Position numbers and translations under genes: made by a program
Shown: piece after piece, positions 17,775 to 30,646 of the stretch
Position numbering within the stretch: position 1 is the first letter of the stretch
How the letters are laid out: each line of letters begins with the position of its first letter
Assembly: GCA_031272305.1 (NCBI GenBank)
Contig: JAISUA010000064.1
Location: 1 to 32,679 of the forward strand
Direction of reading: 5' to 3'
From: Clostridioides sp.
GTDB taxonomy: Bacteria > Bacillota > Clostridia > Peptostreptococcales > Peptostreptococcaceae
DNA length: 32,679 bases
The notes under the pieces: generated by a model
Databases searched by the model: none
Seen by the model: the letters and a program-made list of their open reading frames with translations, nothing else
What the model was told of the DNA's origin: nothing

Positions 17775-18710
17775 GTGAAGGTTTTATTTACAGTTAAATA
17801 TGATGATGAGAAACTAAAGAGAATCAAAGAGTTAGGATATGAAGTTGTTTTTATCTCAGAAAAAGAAATCGAAAACAACAATCTAACAGACGACGCAGAT
17901 GTTATGGTTACATATTTTGCGTGTGATAGATTAGATATAGATAAGATGAAAAATCTAAAATACATTCAAACGACGAGTGCAGGTATAGATCAACTTCCAA
18001 AAGAAAAAATTTTGAAAAATAATATTGTAGTCGCAAATAATAAAGATGGATACAAAGTGCCTATAGGCGAGTGGATAGTGAAGTCTATTTTGGATATTTG
18101 CAAAAATTCTAAAAGTATGTTTGAAAATCAAAGCAAAAAGCGTTGGAAAATGGATTTCACGACTAAAGAACTTTCAGGTCAAATCATATTATTTCTAGGA
18201 ACTGGTAATATTGCAACAGAAGCTGCAAAGAGATTAAAGGCTTTTGATGTTGAAATATGGGGTATAAACACAAAAGGAACTCAGAAAGAACATTTTCACA
18301 AATGTTTCTCAACATATGAAATGGATAAAGCTTTGAAGCAATGTGACTTCGTTGTACTTGCAATGCCTTCTACTGAAGACACTAAACATATTTTGAACAA
18401 AGAAAAAATAAAAATTATGAAAGAAGGTTCTTCTATTGTCAACATAGGCAGAGGAGATCTGATAAATCAAAGCGACCTTATAGATTGTATATATAAATTC
18501 AGAGGAGTAGCACTTGATGTCGTTGAGAAAGAACCACTTGATGTAGATAGCAAACTGTGGAATTTTGACAACGTCATAATAACACCTCACAATTCTTGGA
18601 TATCAGAAAAAAATACAGATAGAAATTTCGAAATGATTTTCGATAATTTGAATAGATTTATCAATGATGAACCATTGAAAAATGTTGTAGATATTAAAAA
18701 AGGATATTGA
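17775..18710 (+). CDS. D-isomer-specific 2-hydroxyacid dehydrogenase (phosphoglycerate dehydrogenase-like)
   Basis: SAGID, GTGNIA, VNIGRG, ALDVVEKEPL and ITPHNS motifs; GTG start with AGGGAG RBS. Confidence 0.9.
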   Translation: MKVLFTVKYDDEKLKRIKELGYEVVFISEKEIENNNLTDDADVMVTYFACDRLDIDKMKNLKYIQTTSAGIDQLPKEKILKNNIVVANNKDGYKVPIGEWIVKSILDICKNSKSMFENQSKKRWKMDFTTKELSGQIILFLGTGNIATEAAKRLKAFDVEIWGINTKGTQKEHFHKCFSTYEMDKALKQCDFVVLAMPSTEDTKHILNKEKIKIMKEGSSIVNIGRGDLINQSDLIDCIYKFRGVALDVVEKEPLDVDSKLWNFDNVIITPHNSWISEKNTDRNFEMIFDNLNRFINDEPLKNVVDIKKGY

Positions 18711-18856
18711 TTTTATAATAGTGAAGTAAATAATTTAATTAGTAAAGCTAATTAACAAAAAAATTTCAGATAAAAATATATAAATCTTAGATTTTGAGTT
18801 ATAATTTATATATAAAAAGTAAATGTTAAAGAAGTTTTAATTGTTAAATTAGTTAA

Positions 18857-20896
<2,040 letters not shown>

Positions 20897-20914
20897 TTTT
20901 TTGGAGGAGTAATT

Positions 20915-22279
20915 TTGAGGATAGACAATAGAAAGTATGATGAACTTAGAAATATAAAAATTACAAGAAACTATACTAAGTTTGCTGAGGGTTCAGTTTT
21001 AATTGAAGTAGGAGATACTAAAGTTTTGTGTACAGCTCATATTGAAGAAGGAGTGCCAAAATTTCTAAAAAATACAGGCACAGGTTGGATAAAGGCTGAA
21101 TATTCTATGCTTCCAATGGCGAACAGTGAAAGAAAAAATAGAGAAAGAGGAAAAATTGACGGAAGAACTCAAGAAATACAAAGATTCATAGGTAGAGCAT
21201 TGAGATCTGTTGTAGATTTGAAAAAATTAGGTGAAAGAACAATTTGGATAGATTGTGATGTTATTCAAGCTGATGGTGGAACAAGGACGGCTTCTATTTC
21301 AGGTGCATATGTTGCATTAGTAGAAGCTTTGCATAAATTATACAAATCAGGAATGATAAAAAAAATGCCTATAGATAAATTTGTATCTGCAGTTAGTTTA
21401 GGCGTTGTCAAAGATGAACTTATGTTGGATCTTTGTTATGAAGAAGATTCAAATGCTACAGTAGATATGAATGTGGTTATGACGAACACAGGTGAATTTA
21501 TCGAAGTTCAAGGAACAGGAGAAGAGAAACCTTTTAGCAAAAAACAATTGTATCTTCTATTAGAACTTGCTGAAATAGGCAACAAAGAGATGATAAAACA
21601 TCAGAAAAAAGTTCTAGGTGAAATAACAAGAGATATAATAGGTATGGAATATGAAAAGAATATTGTTGTAGCAACAGGAAACGCTCACAAACTTATTGAA
21701 ATAAAATCAATACTGAGCGACCTTGAATTCGATATTCATTCATTAAAAGATATAGAGCTAGATAATATTGAAATAATAGAAAATGGAAGAACATTTGAAC
21801 ATAATGCAGTGATCAAGTCTAGAACAATTTTGTCAGCACTTAAAGAAAAATCATGTACAAGTAAAGAAATGATTGTGATAGCCGATGATTCAGGACTTGA
21901 AGTAGATGCACTTGATTTGCGACCAGGAATATTCACAGCTAGATATGCTGGTGAGAATGCAACCGATGAAGAAAATAGAAAAAAACTTCTTGAAGAATTG
22001 AAAGACGTTCCATTTGAAAAAAGAACAGCAAGATTTATATGTGCAATAGCAGTTGTATTTCCAGATAACAAGTCATTTACTGTGAGAGGAGTTTGTGAAG
22101 GAAAAATAGCACTAGAAGAATCAGGAGAAAAAGGTTTTGGTTACGATAGCCTATTTATTCCTGAAGGATACGATGTTACTTTTGCACAAATGGATTCAGA
22201 TTTGAAAAATACAATAAGCCATAGAGCACAAGCACTTAGATTTATGAGAATCGGACTTGAAAAAAATTTTAATAAATAA
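20915..22279 (+). CDS. rph: Fusion of ribonuclease PH and RdgB/HAM1 XTP/dITP pyrophosphatase
   Basis: N-terminal [16 protein letters not shown] and [16 protein letters not shown]; C-terminal ATGNAHK, ADDSGL, GFGYD and SHR. TTG start with GGAGGA RBS. Confidence 0.95.
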   Translation: MRIDNRKYDELRNIKITRNYTKFAEGSVLIEVGDTKVLCTAHIEEGVPKFLKNTGTGWIKAEYSMLPMANSERKNRERGKIDGRTQEIQRFIGRALRSVVDLKKLGERTIWIDCDVIQADGGTRTASISGAYVALVEALHKLYKSGMIKKMPIDKFVSAVSLGVVKDELMLDLCYEEDSNATVDMNVVMTNTGEFIEVQGTGEEKPFSKKQLYLLLELAEIGNKEMIKHQKKVLGEITRDIIGMEYEKNIVVATGNAHKLIEIKSILSDLEFDIHSLKDIELDNIEIIENGRTFEHNAVIKSRTILSALKEKSCTSKEMIVIADDSGLEVDALDLRPGIFTARYAGENATDEENRKKLLEELKDVPFEKRTARFICAIAVVFPDNKSFTVRGVCEGKIALEESGEKGFGYDSLFIPEGYDVTFAQMDSDLKNTISHRAQALRFMRIGLEKNFNK

Positions 22280-22303
22280 TTTTTAATAAAATATGAAGTC
22301 ATT

Positions 22304-22332
22304 TTGTACATTGATAAATTATATGATATAAT
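22304..22332 (+). promoter_or_regulatory. Putative sigma-A promoter of tig
   Basis: TTGTAC-N17-TATAAT with extended -10 TG. Confidence 0.65.
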
Positions 22333-22393
22333 GTAGAGGTTGGAATTTTAATTATTTACATTCAATTAAAAACACTTAGGAGGAAACAAAATA

Positions 22394-23680
22394 ATGAAAG
22401 TAGAATTTATCAAAAAAGAAGGAAATACTGTAAACTTTAAAATACAAGTTGATGATGCTCAATTTGAAGCTTCAATTGAAAAAGCATATAAGAAAAATAA
22501 AGGTAAATACAATATTCCTGGATTTAGAAAAGGTAAAGCACCAAGAAAAATCATCGAAGCACAATTAGGAAAAGGAGTATTCTTCAATGATGCAATAGAT
22601 ATATTATTTAGAGAAGTATATCCAAAAGCTATAGAAGAATTAGCTTTAACTCCTATTGATAATCCAGATTTAGATATAGAAGAAATAAGTAAAGACAATG
22701 GTATTGTTATGATATTCAACGTTGATGTCAAACCAGAAGTTGTAGTTGAAAACTACAAAGGAATAGAAGTTGCAAAAATTGATGATACTGTAAGTGATGA
22801 ACAAGTAGAAGCAGAATTAAAACTTATGCAAGAAAGAAATGCAAGAATAATTTCTGTTGAAGATAAAGAAATTGAAAATGGAGATACAGTTGTTATAGAT
22901 TATGAAGGATTCAAAGATGGTGTAGCTTTTGAAGGTGGAAAAGCTGAAAACTACAATCTAGTAATAGGATCTGGACATTTTATACCAGGATTTGAAGAAG
23001 GTTTAGTTGGTAAAAAAGCTAACGAAGAAGTTGAACTTAATATAACTTTCCCAGAACAATATCACAGTGAAGAATTAGCAGGTGCTCCTGTAGTTTTCAA
23101 AGTAACAATCAAAGATGTAAAAGTTAAAGAACTATCTGATATAGATGATGAATTTGCAAAAGATGTAAGTGAATTTGATACTTTGGATGAATTAAAATCA
23201 GACATTAGAGCTAATTTAGAAGAAGCAACAAAAGTACATGTTAGAGAAGAAGTAAAACAAGCTGTTTTAAATAAAATAGCTGAAAGTGTAGAAATAGATA
23301 TACCAGAAGCAATGGTAAATCGTCAAGTTGAAAATATGATTGAACAATTGGATTACCAAATGAGAGCACAAGGATTCTCTATTGAACAATTACTTCAAAT
23401 GTCAGGAAAAACAATTGCTGATTTAGTAGAAGATAGAAAAGAAGATGCTAAAAAAATAGTTAAACAAACATTGATAATGGAAGCTATTGTTAAAGCTGAA
23501 AACGTAGAAGTAAGTGAAGAAGAAATAGATAAAGAATTAGAAGCAATAGCTAAGATGTACAAAATGGAATTTGATGATTTGAAAAAAATGATAGTAGGCA
23601 ATGAATTACATCAAATAGAAGAAGAAATAAAATTCAGAAAAACATTAGATTTACTTGCTGACAATGCAGTTTTAGCTTAA
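22394..23680 (+). CDS. tig: Trigger factor
   Basis: IPGFRKGKAP signature and FKBP domain (FEGGKAE...FIPGFEE). Confidence 0.98.
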   Translation: MKVEFIKKEGNTVNFKIQVDDAQFEASIEKAYKKNKGKYNIPGFRKGKAPRKIIEAQLGKGVFFNDAIDILFREVYPKAIEELALTPIDNPDLDIEEISKDNGIVMIFNVDVKPEVVVENYKGIEVAKIDDTVSDEQVEAELKLMQERNARIISVEDKEIENGDTVVIDYEGFKDGVAFEGGKAENYNLVIGSGHFIPGFEEGLVGKKANEEVELNITFPEQYHSEELAGAPVVFKVTIKDVKVKELSDIDDEFAKDVSEFDTLDELKSDIRANLEEATKVHVREEVKQAVLNKIAESVEIDIPEAMVNRQVENMIEQLDYQMRAQGFSIEQLLQMSGKTIADLVEDRKEDAKKIVKQTLIMEAIVKAENVEVSEEEIDKELEAIAKMYKMEFDDLKKMIVGNELHQIEEEIKFRKTLDLLADNAVLA

Positions 23681-23826
23681 AATAATTTTTTATATTTATA
23701 TAAATGAAATTTATTTTGATTAATATATGTTTTTATGTGTATAAATTATGTAAGAAATATAATAATAAAGTGATATCTGATTGTTTACATTTTATATAAA
23801 TAAATTGAAGGGGAGGTATTTTATTT

Positions 23827-24411
23827 ATGGCATTAGTACCTATGGTCGTTGAACAAACAGGAAGAGGAGAAAGATCTTACGATATATATTCAAGACTTTT
23901 AAAAGACAGAATAATATTTTTAGGCGATGAAGTAAACGACGCAACAGCAGGACTTATAGTTGCACAATTATTATTTCTAGAAGCTGAAGATCCAGATAAG
24001 GATATTCATTTATATATAAATTCACCAGGAGGAAGTGTAACTGCTGGTATGGCTATTTATGATACTATGAATTATGTAAAACCTGATGTAAGCACAATTT
24101 GTATTGGTATGGCTGCATCTATGGGAGCTTTCTTGCTTACTGCAGGAGCAAAAGGAAAAAGATTTGCTCTTCCTAACAGCGAAATAATGATACATCAACC
24201 TTCTGGAGGCTCAAAAGGTCAAGCTACAGATATGGATATTCAAGTGAAAAGAATATTAAAAACAAAAGAATCTCTTAATAGAATTATGTCTGAAAGAACA
24301 GGTCAACCAGTTGAAGTAATAGCTAGAGACACTGAAAGAGATAATTTTATGTCTGCTGAAGAAGCAAAAGAATATGGTTTGATAGATGAAGTAGTTACAA
24401 AGAGAGCTTAA
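23827..24411 (+). CDS. clpP: ATP-dependent Clp protease proteolytic subunit
   Basis: [34 protein letters not shown] and MIHQP motifs. Confidence 0.98.
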   Translation: MALVPMVVEQTGRGERSYDIYSRLLKDRIIFLGDEVNDATAGLIVAQLLFLEAEDPDKDIHLYINSPGGSVTAGMAIYDTMNYVKPDVSTICIGMAASMGAFLLTAGAKGKRFALPNSEIMIHQPSGGSKGQATDMDIQVKRILKTKESLNRIMSERTGQPVEVIARDTERDNFMSAEEAKEYGLIDEVVTKRA

Positions 24412-24423
24412 AGGAGGGTGTAG

Positions 24424-25674
24424 ATGGCTAAAATTATTGAAGAAAAAAAATTAAAATGCTCGTTTTGTGGTAAAAGTGCAGAACAAGTTCAAAAATTAAT
24501 CGCAGGTCCAAATGTTTATATTTGTGATGAATGTGTGGAGCTTTGTGAGGAAATTATTGAAGAAGAAATGCAAGGGTTGATAGATGATGCAGAGTTTACT
24601 CTTCCTAAGCCAAAAGAAATGATGGATATATTAAATGATTATGTAATAGGTCAAGAACAAGCTAAAAAGGCTCTGTCAGTGGCTGTGTACAATCATTACA
24701 AAAGAATTTGTAGCAAAAAATCAGTTTTAAAAGAAGTTGAGATACAAAAAAGTAATGTTTTACTTTTAGGACCTACAGGTTCAGGGAAAACACTTCTTGC
24801 TCAAACATTGGCTAGAACACTAAATGTTCCTTTTGCAATGGCTGATGCTACATCACTTACAGAAGCAGGATATGTTGGAGAAGATGTTGAAAATATACTT
24901 CTAAAACTTATTCAAGCTGCTGATTTTGATATTGAAAAAGCACAAAAAGGTATAATTTATATCGATGAAATAGATAAGATAGCTAGAAAATCTGAAAATG
25001 TATCTATAACAAGAGATGTTAGTGGAGAAGGTGTTCAACAATCACTTCTAAAAATCCTTGAAGGAACAGTAGCAAATGTACCACCTCAAGGAGGAAGAAA
25101 ACATCCACATCAAGAATTCTTAAAAATAGACACAACTAATATATTATTTATATTAGGTGGAGCTTTCGATGGTATAGAAAAAATAATTCAAAGACGTACT
25201 GATAAGAAAGTTCTAGGTTTTGGAGCTAAAATAGAAAGCAAGAAAGATCAAAATATAGGAAAGATACTTGAAAATGTTTTACCAGAAGATCTTTTGAAAT
25301 ATGGTATAATACCTGAATTCATAGGTAGACTTCCTATTATATCTACACTTGAGCTTCTAGATGAAGAGGCACTTGTAAAAATACTTAAAGAACCTAAAAA
25401 TGCTCTTGTTAAACAATACAAGAAATTATTTGAACTTGACGGTGCAGAACTTGAATTTGAAGAAGAAGCACTTAAATCTATTGCACACAAAGCTATCGAA
25501 AGAAAAACTGGTGCAAGAGGTCTTAGAAGTATTGTTGAAGATATAATGCTTGACACAATGTTTGAAGTGCCTTCGAAGCAAAAAGTTAAGAAAGTTATCG
25601 TAACAAAAGAATCTGTAGAAGATAAAGATGTTCAACCTACAGTTATATTATTTGATGAAAAAGAAAGTGCTTAA
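24424..25674 (+). CDS. clpX: ATP-dependent Clp protease ATP-binding subunit
   Basis: CSFCGK...CDEC zinc finger, [23 protein letters not shown] loop and GARGLR. Confidence 0.98.
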   Translation: MAKIIEEKKLKCSFCGKSAEQVQKLIAGPNVYICDECVELCEEIIEEEMQGLIDDAEFTLPKPKEMMDILNDYVIGQEQAKKALSVAVYNHYKRICSKKSVLKEVEIQKSNVLLLGPTGSGKTLLAQTLARTLNVPFAMADATSLTEAGYVGEDVENILLKLIQAADFDIEKAQKGIIYIDEIDKIARKSENVSITRDVSGEGVQQSLLKILEGTVANVPPQGGRKHPHQEFLKIDTTNILFILGGAFDGIEKIIQRRTDKKVLGFGAKIESKKDQNIGKILENVLPEDLLKYGIIPEFIGRLPIISTLELLDEEALVKILKEPKNALVKQYKKLFELDGAELEFEEEALKSIAHKAIERKTGARGLRSIVEDIMLDTMFEVPSKQKVKKVIVTKESVEDKDVQPTVILFDEKESA

Positions 25675-25749
25675 TAAACTTCTAAATCTTCAAAAATTGA
25701 TTTTAAAAAATTATTATGAGAAGTGCATATTATAGAAAATAGAAATATA

Positions 25750-25788
25750 AAAAAATCAATTCCAAACTTTATCTGGAATTGATTTTTT
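25750..25788. terminator. Bidirectional intrinsic terminator between clpX and the chromate transporter genes
   Basis: AAAAAATCAATTCCA-N9-TGGAATTGATTTTTT between convergent genes. Confidence 0.85.
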
Positions 25789-25790
25789 AT

Positions 25791-26330
25791 TTAGCTTATA
25801 ACTCCAAAATAACACAAACATATTCCTATTAAGCCATAGATGAATATAATGCTTATAGAGCCGATTTTATTCGTTTTAAGCAGATAAAATGAAGATACAA
25901 GAGCAATAACTTCGTACACTCCCCATTTTATATCTAGCATAGATGAAAAAGCGGCAGATAATATAAAACCTGTAGTGATAGGTTTTAGTGTATCAAGAAG
26001 TTGAACTATTTTTTTGTTGTCTTTAAATTTTTCAAATAGTTTAGATATAAATGTAAGTCCAATCAAAGCAAATATAGTTACCCCAAATGTTGCAACGAAA
26101 GAACCTAAAAATCCAGCAGTTTTATATCCAATAAATGTTGCACTGTTTATAGCAATAGGACCTGGTGTAGATTGCGAAATTGCAAGTAAATCAAGAAATT
26201 CGCTATTAGTTATAAAATGATGTTTATCTATAAATTCTTGTTGTATAAATGGAAGCATAGCATAGCCTCCACCAAAACTGAATGCTCCTATTTTTAAGAA
26301 AATAAGAAATAAAAGAATTATTTTTGACAT
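25791..26330 (-). CDS. Short-chain chromate transporter (CHR family), second subunit
   Basis: GAFSFGGGYAM, SQSTPGPIAINSATFIGY. Confidence 0.9.
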   Translation of the reverse strand: MSKIILLFLIFLKIGAFSFGGGYAMLPFIQQEFIDKHHFITNSEFLDLLAISQSTPGPIAINSATFIGYKTAGFLGSFVATFGVTIFALIGLTFISKLFEKFKDNKKIVQLLDTLKPITTGFILSAAFSSMLDIKWGVYEVIALVSSFYLLKTNKIGSISIIFIYGLIGICLCYFGVIS

Positions 26331-26830
26331 AGGCTGTACGCACCTCCTGCAAGTATAAGATAAATTGGACTGATATGAAAAATACTTACAAGTAAAATTG
26401 AAAGGACTAGAAAAATCATATTTTTTGTAGTCTTTTTAATTTTACTAAACAGTGATAAGAATGAATTTATTATCAAAGCAATTACAACTGGTGATACTCC
26501 TAAGAAAAATCCTCTAAGTATTGGCGAAGAAGAATGCTTTACATATATGTACGATACTGCAATTACTATAAAGAAAGATGGAAGTGCAGCTCCAAGTACA
26601 CATACTATTACACCTGGAATTTTATAAAGTTTGTATCCTATAAGAATAGATATATTGACCGCTAGAACCCCTGGAAAACTTTGAGCGAGAGAAAGATAAT
26701 CTAGAAATTCATCATCGCTGAGTAATTTTTGGTGTTTAACAAGTTCATCTTGTATCAACGATACCATAGCGTAGCCTCCACCAAAAGTGAACGCTCCTAT
26801 TCTTAAAAATGTGAAAAAAAGGTTAAACAT
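26318..26830 (-). CDS. Short-chain chromate transporter (CHR family), first subunit
   Basis: GAFTFGGGYAM, AQSFPG. AAGGGGTGG precedes ATG 26830 (the ORF is open from 26902); overlaps its partner by 13 bp. Confidence 0.9.
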   Translation of the reverse strand: MFNLFFTFLRIGAFTFGGGYAMVSLIQDELVKHQKLLSDDEFLDYLSLAQSFPGVLAVNISILIGYKLYKIPGVIVCVLGAALPSFFIVIAVSYIYVKHSSSPILRGFFLGVSPVVIALIINSFLSLFSKIKKTTKNMIFLVLSILLVSIFHISPIYLILAGGAYSLCQK

Positions 26831-26982
26831 TTTACCACCCCTTATATATAAATATAACAACCCTATCTTTATATTGTATAATAAATGCAAAAAATATACC
26901 ATAGAATTTCAAAATAATATCAAAAAATGAAAACTATTTCATATTAGATTTTCAAAAGAAGACTTTTAAGAAGTAAAGTATT

Positions 26983-27010
26983 TTGCAATTAATTATAGAA
27001 ATGTTATAAT
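26983..27010 (+). promoter_or_regulatory. Putative sigma-A promoter of lon-engB
   Basis: TTGCAA-N16-TATAAT with extended -10 TG. Confidence 0.55.
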
Positions 27011-27169
27011 AGTGATAGCTAAAAATCACTTAAGGTAAAAAATAGAATAGAATATGATTTTAGTGAGAAAATAAAAAATATAGTTTGATCATGAGAACTT
27101 TGCTATTTTAATCGTGAGAGGTTTAGAAAAAATGGGTAATAATATTTAAGTATAAAAATTTTGATACTG

Positions 27170-27271
27170 TAAAAATATAAAAATAAAAAATATAAAAATA
27201 AAAAAGATAAAAACATAAAAATAAAAAAACAAAAAGTTAAAAACAAAAAACATAAAACATAAAAAGATAAA
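27170..27271 (+). repeat. A-tract low-complexity region in the lon leader
   Basis: About 100 bp of A4-7 runs separated by 1-3 other bases. Confidence 0.8.
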
Positions 27272-27286
27272 TTGAAGGAGATAATT

Positions 27287-29635
27287 ATGGACATAAAATA
27301 TACTGTAGAAACGATTGAGTTGCCTCTTGTGCCATTGAGAGGGCTATCAATATTTCCATATATGATATTAAATTTTGACGTTGGAAGATCAATGTCTTTG
27401 AAAGCAGTTGAAGAAGCTATGAAGGGAGATGAATTAGTTTTTTTGACTTCTCAAAAAGATTCAGAGGTAGATGAACCTACTCAAGAGGATTTTTTTGACG
27501 TAGGAACTGTATGTAAAGTGAAGCAAATGTTAAAACTTCCTGGAGATAGTGTGAGAGTATTGGTGGAAGGTATTTCAAGAGCAAAAGTAATAACTGTAGA
27601 TGATTCTGAAGGATATTTCAAAGCTGTATTAGAGCAAGTTATATATCAAGATTCTATTGATGAAGATGATGTTGAAATCGAGGCATTGGTTAGAAATGTG
27701 TTTAATATTTTTGAAGAATACATAAATATCGGTAATATGGTGTCTCCAGAAATTCTAGTTTCACTTTCAGAGATAGACGATATAGATAGATTTGTAGATA
27801 CTATAGCATCGAATATGTATCTAAAAGGTGAACACAAACAATTACTTCTAGAAGAATTTGATAAAAAGAAAAGATTAGAGCTATTATATGGAATATTACT
27901 TGATGAAATAGAAATTTTGAGAATAGAAAAGAAAATAGCTTTGAGAATCAGGAAACAAATGAATAAAACTCAAAAAGATTATTATCTTAGAGAGCAGTTG
28001 AAAGCTATTCAAAAAGAACTTGGTGAAGAAGAAGATGTTACTTCTGAGGTAGAGGATTATAGACTCAAATTAAAAAAATTAAAAGTATCTAAAAAAGTTA
28101 AGGAAAAAATAGCTAAGGAAATCAATAAGTTTTCTAGAATTTCACCAATGTCACCAGATAGTAGCGTAAGTAGAAATTACTTAGATACTATTTTTCAGCT
28201 TCCTTGGAATAAAGAAACTAAGGACAAGATAGATATAGTTAAGTCTAGAGAAATTTTGGATGAAGAACACTATGGTCTTGAAAAAGTAAAAGAAAGAATA
28301 CTTGAATATTTAGCAATTAGAAAATTATCCAAGTCTCTAAAAAGTCCAATTATATGTTTAATAGGACCTCCAGGCGTAGGAAAAACATCTATCGCAAAAT
28401 CAATTGCAAGAGCATTAGATAGACATTTTGTAAGACTTTCACTAGGTGGAGTAAGAGATGAAGCAGAAATAAGAGGACATAGAAGAACGTATGTTGGAGC
28501 TATTCCAGGAAGAATAATAAATGGAGTTATAGAAAGTGGAACGAAGAATCCTGTATTTTTGCTAGATGAAATAGATAAAATGGCATCTGATTATAAAGGT
28601 GACCCTGCTTCTGCAATGCTTGAAGTTTTAGATCCAGAACAAAACAAAACTTTTGTAGACCACTATCTAGAAATTCCATTTGATTTGTCAAAAATATTGT
28701 TTGTAACAACAGCAAATAGTCTTGGAAATATTCCTCGTCCACTTCTTGACAGAATGGAAATCATAGAGGTGCAAGGATATATAGAAGAAGAAAAATTAAA
28801 TATAGCTAAGAAATATTTACTTCCAAAACAAATAAAAGAAAATGCCTTAGAAGAAGGTTTTGTAAAAATGGACGATGATGCTATTCTTGAAGTTATAAAT
28901 CATTATACTAGAGAGTCTGGAGTAAGAAATCTTGAGAGAACTTTAGGAAAAATTTGCAGAAAAATTGCTAAGAAATACGTTGAAGATCCTAGTATAGAAG
29001 AAGTGGTTGTTACTAAAGAAAATGTAGAAGAATACTTAGGAAAAGATATATATAAATATCAACTTGTGACTCCAGAAGCAAAGGTAGGACTTGTTACAGG
29101 ACTTGCATGGACAGAAGTTGGAGGAGTGACTCTTGAAGTAGAGGTCAATGTTTTAAAAGGATAAGGTGTGATAGTTCTTACTGGTCAACTTGGAGATGTT
29201 ATGAAAGAATCAGCTAAGGCAGGGATTTCGTATATAAGATCTGTCTGTGAAAAATTAGAGATAGATCCAGATTTCTATAGAAATAATGACATACATCTAC
29301 ATCTTCCAGAAGGAGCCGTTCCTAAAGATGGTCCATCTGCAGGAATAACTATGGCACTTTGTGTAATTTCAGCACTTACTAAAAGACCTGTGTATGGAAA
29401 TATAGCTATGACAGGTGAAATTACGCTTAGAGGTAGAGTATTAGCTGTTGGAGGAGTAAAAGAAAAAATCTTAGCTGCTCATAGAGCAGGAATTACTAAA
29501 GTACTTCTTCCAAAAGAATGTGAATACGACTTAGAAGATATACCTCAAAATGTAAAAGATCAAGTAGAATTTGTTTTAGTAGAAACAATGGACGACGTAT
29601 TAGAACACGCTTTAGCAAAAGAAAAAATAGAATAA
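27287..29635 (+). pseudogene. lon: ATP-dependent protease La interrupted by one in-frame TAA at 29162-29164 (fragments 27287-29164 and 29168-29635)
   Basis: LPLVPLRG N-domain, GPPGVGKT, RGHRRTYVGA, GLAWTEVGG, then [20 protein letters not shown] in the same frame, PKDGPSAG (catalytic Ser) and GGVKEK. GAAGGAG RBS before ATG 27287. Could be a sequencing error. Confidence 0.85.
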
Positions 29636-29805
29636 AAAATTTATAAAAAGTGAAAGCAAAAAAATAATAAAAATACAAGAAAACAATAAAAATATAAGAA
29701 AATAATTAAAATAATTAAAATATACAAAAATAGTTGTATTTGCAATGTAATATTAGAAAAGCTAAATAGGCTATTGTAATTTAAAAATTGAGATAGGTGG
29801 TAAAT

Positions 29806-30417
29806 ATGAAAATTAGAAGTTCGGAAATAGTTATGAGTGCAGTATCGAGGTCGCAATATCCAGCTGATGGAATACCAGAGATAGCACTTGCTGGAAGATC
29901 AAACGTAGGAAAATCATCAATAGTAAACTCATTATTAAATAGAAGAAATTTTGCAAGAACATCTCAAACTCCAGGAAAAACGAGAACTATAAATTTTTAT
30001 TTGATTAATGAGGAATTTTTCTTTGTAGATTTGCCAGGCTATGGCTACGCAAAAATTGCAAAATCAGAGAAAGATAAATGGGGACAAATCATGGAGCAGT
30101 ATCTTAAAAATAGAAAAGAGCTGTGTGCAATATTTTTACTTGTAGATATTAGACATGAACCAACTGCTCAAGATAAAATGATGTACGATTGGATAAAATA
30201 CTTTGGATACGATTGTGTAGTTGTAGCTACAAAGTCAGATAAAATATCAAGGGGACAATTCCAAAAACATTTGAGTATAATTAGAAAAAAACTTGAGTTA
30301 CAAAAAGATGAAAAAATAATTCCTGTTTCATCACTTAAAAAAACAGGTGTAGAGGAACTTTGGAACGAAGTTGTAAATAAATACGAAGAAAAAGGATATA
30401 CAATAACTGTAGACTAA
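29806..30417 (+). CDS. engB: Ribosome biogenesis GTPase EngB/YsxC/YihA
   Basis: [19 protein letters not shown] and TKSDK motifs; follows lon. AGGTGG fits ATG 29806. Confidence 0.97.
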   Translation: MKIRSSEIVMSAVSRSQYPADGIPEIALAGRSNVGKSSIVNSLLNRRNFARTSQTPGKTRTINFYLINEEFFFVDLPGYGYAKIAKSEKDKWGQIMEQYLKNRKELCAIFLLVDIRHEPTAQDKMMYDWIKYFGYDCVVVATKSDKISRGQFQKHLSIIRKKLELQKDEKIIPVSSLKKTGVEELWNEVVNKYEEKGYTITVD

Positions 30418-30472
30418 GTTATGACTTGTAAAAAACGAATATTAAGTAAAAGCGTGTATAAAAACTGACGTA

Positions 30473-30511
30473 AAAAAATCTCTGTATAAACTAGATATAC
30501 AGAGATTTTTT
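30473..30511. terminator. Bidirectional intrinsic terminator between engB and the DEAD-box gene
   Basis: AAAAAATCTCTGTATA-N7-TATACAGAGATTTTTT. Confidence 0.85.
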
Positions 30512-30513
30512 CT

Positions 30514-30548
30514 ATATATTTTTTCACTTAATAAGTGAAAAAATATAT
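30514..30548. repeat. 35-bp palindrome (perfect 17-bp arms, 1-nt centre)
   Basis: ATATATTTTTTCACTTA-A-TAAGTGAAAAAATATAT. Confidence 0.85.
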
Positions 30549-30646
30549 CGTGTGTTGTAAGAATATTTCTTACAGTGATTTTATATAAATATTTAAGTTA
30601 GAAACTTAGATGCTGAAAAACATACAAATAAGTATGAATTAAAAAT

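Noticed and set aside
23681-23826. CtsR or CIRCE heat-shock operator before clpP or lon
   Set aside because: No GTCAAA-N-GTCAAA heptad repeat or TTAGCACTC inverted repeat was found
27103-27294. 63-aa Phe/Leu-rich minus-strand ORF (and similar at 29641-29856)
   Set aside because: Artefact of reading A-tracts on the opposite strand
29162-29164. Stop-codon reassignment or selenocysteine/pyrrolysine
   Set aside because: The codon is TAA, which terminates many other genes here normally (tig, clpP, clpX, ligA)
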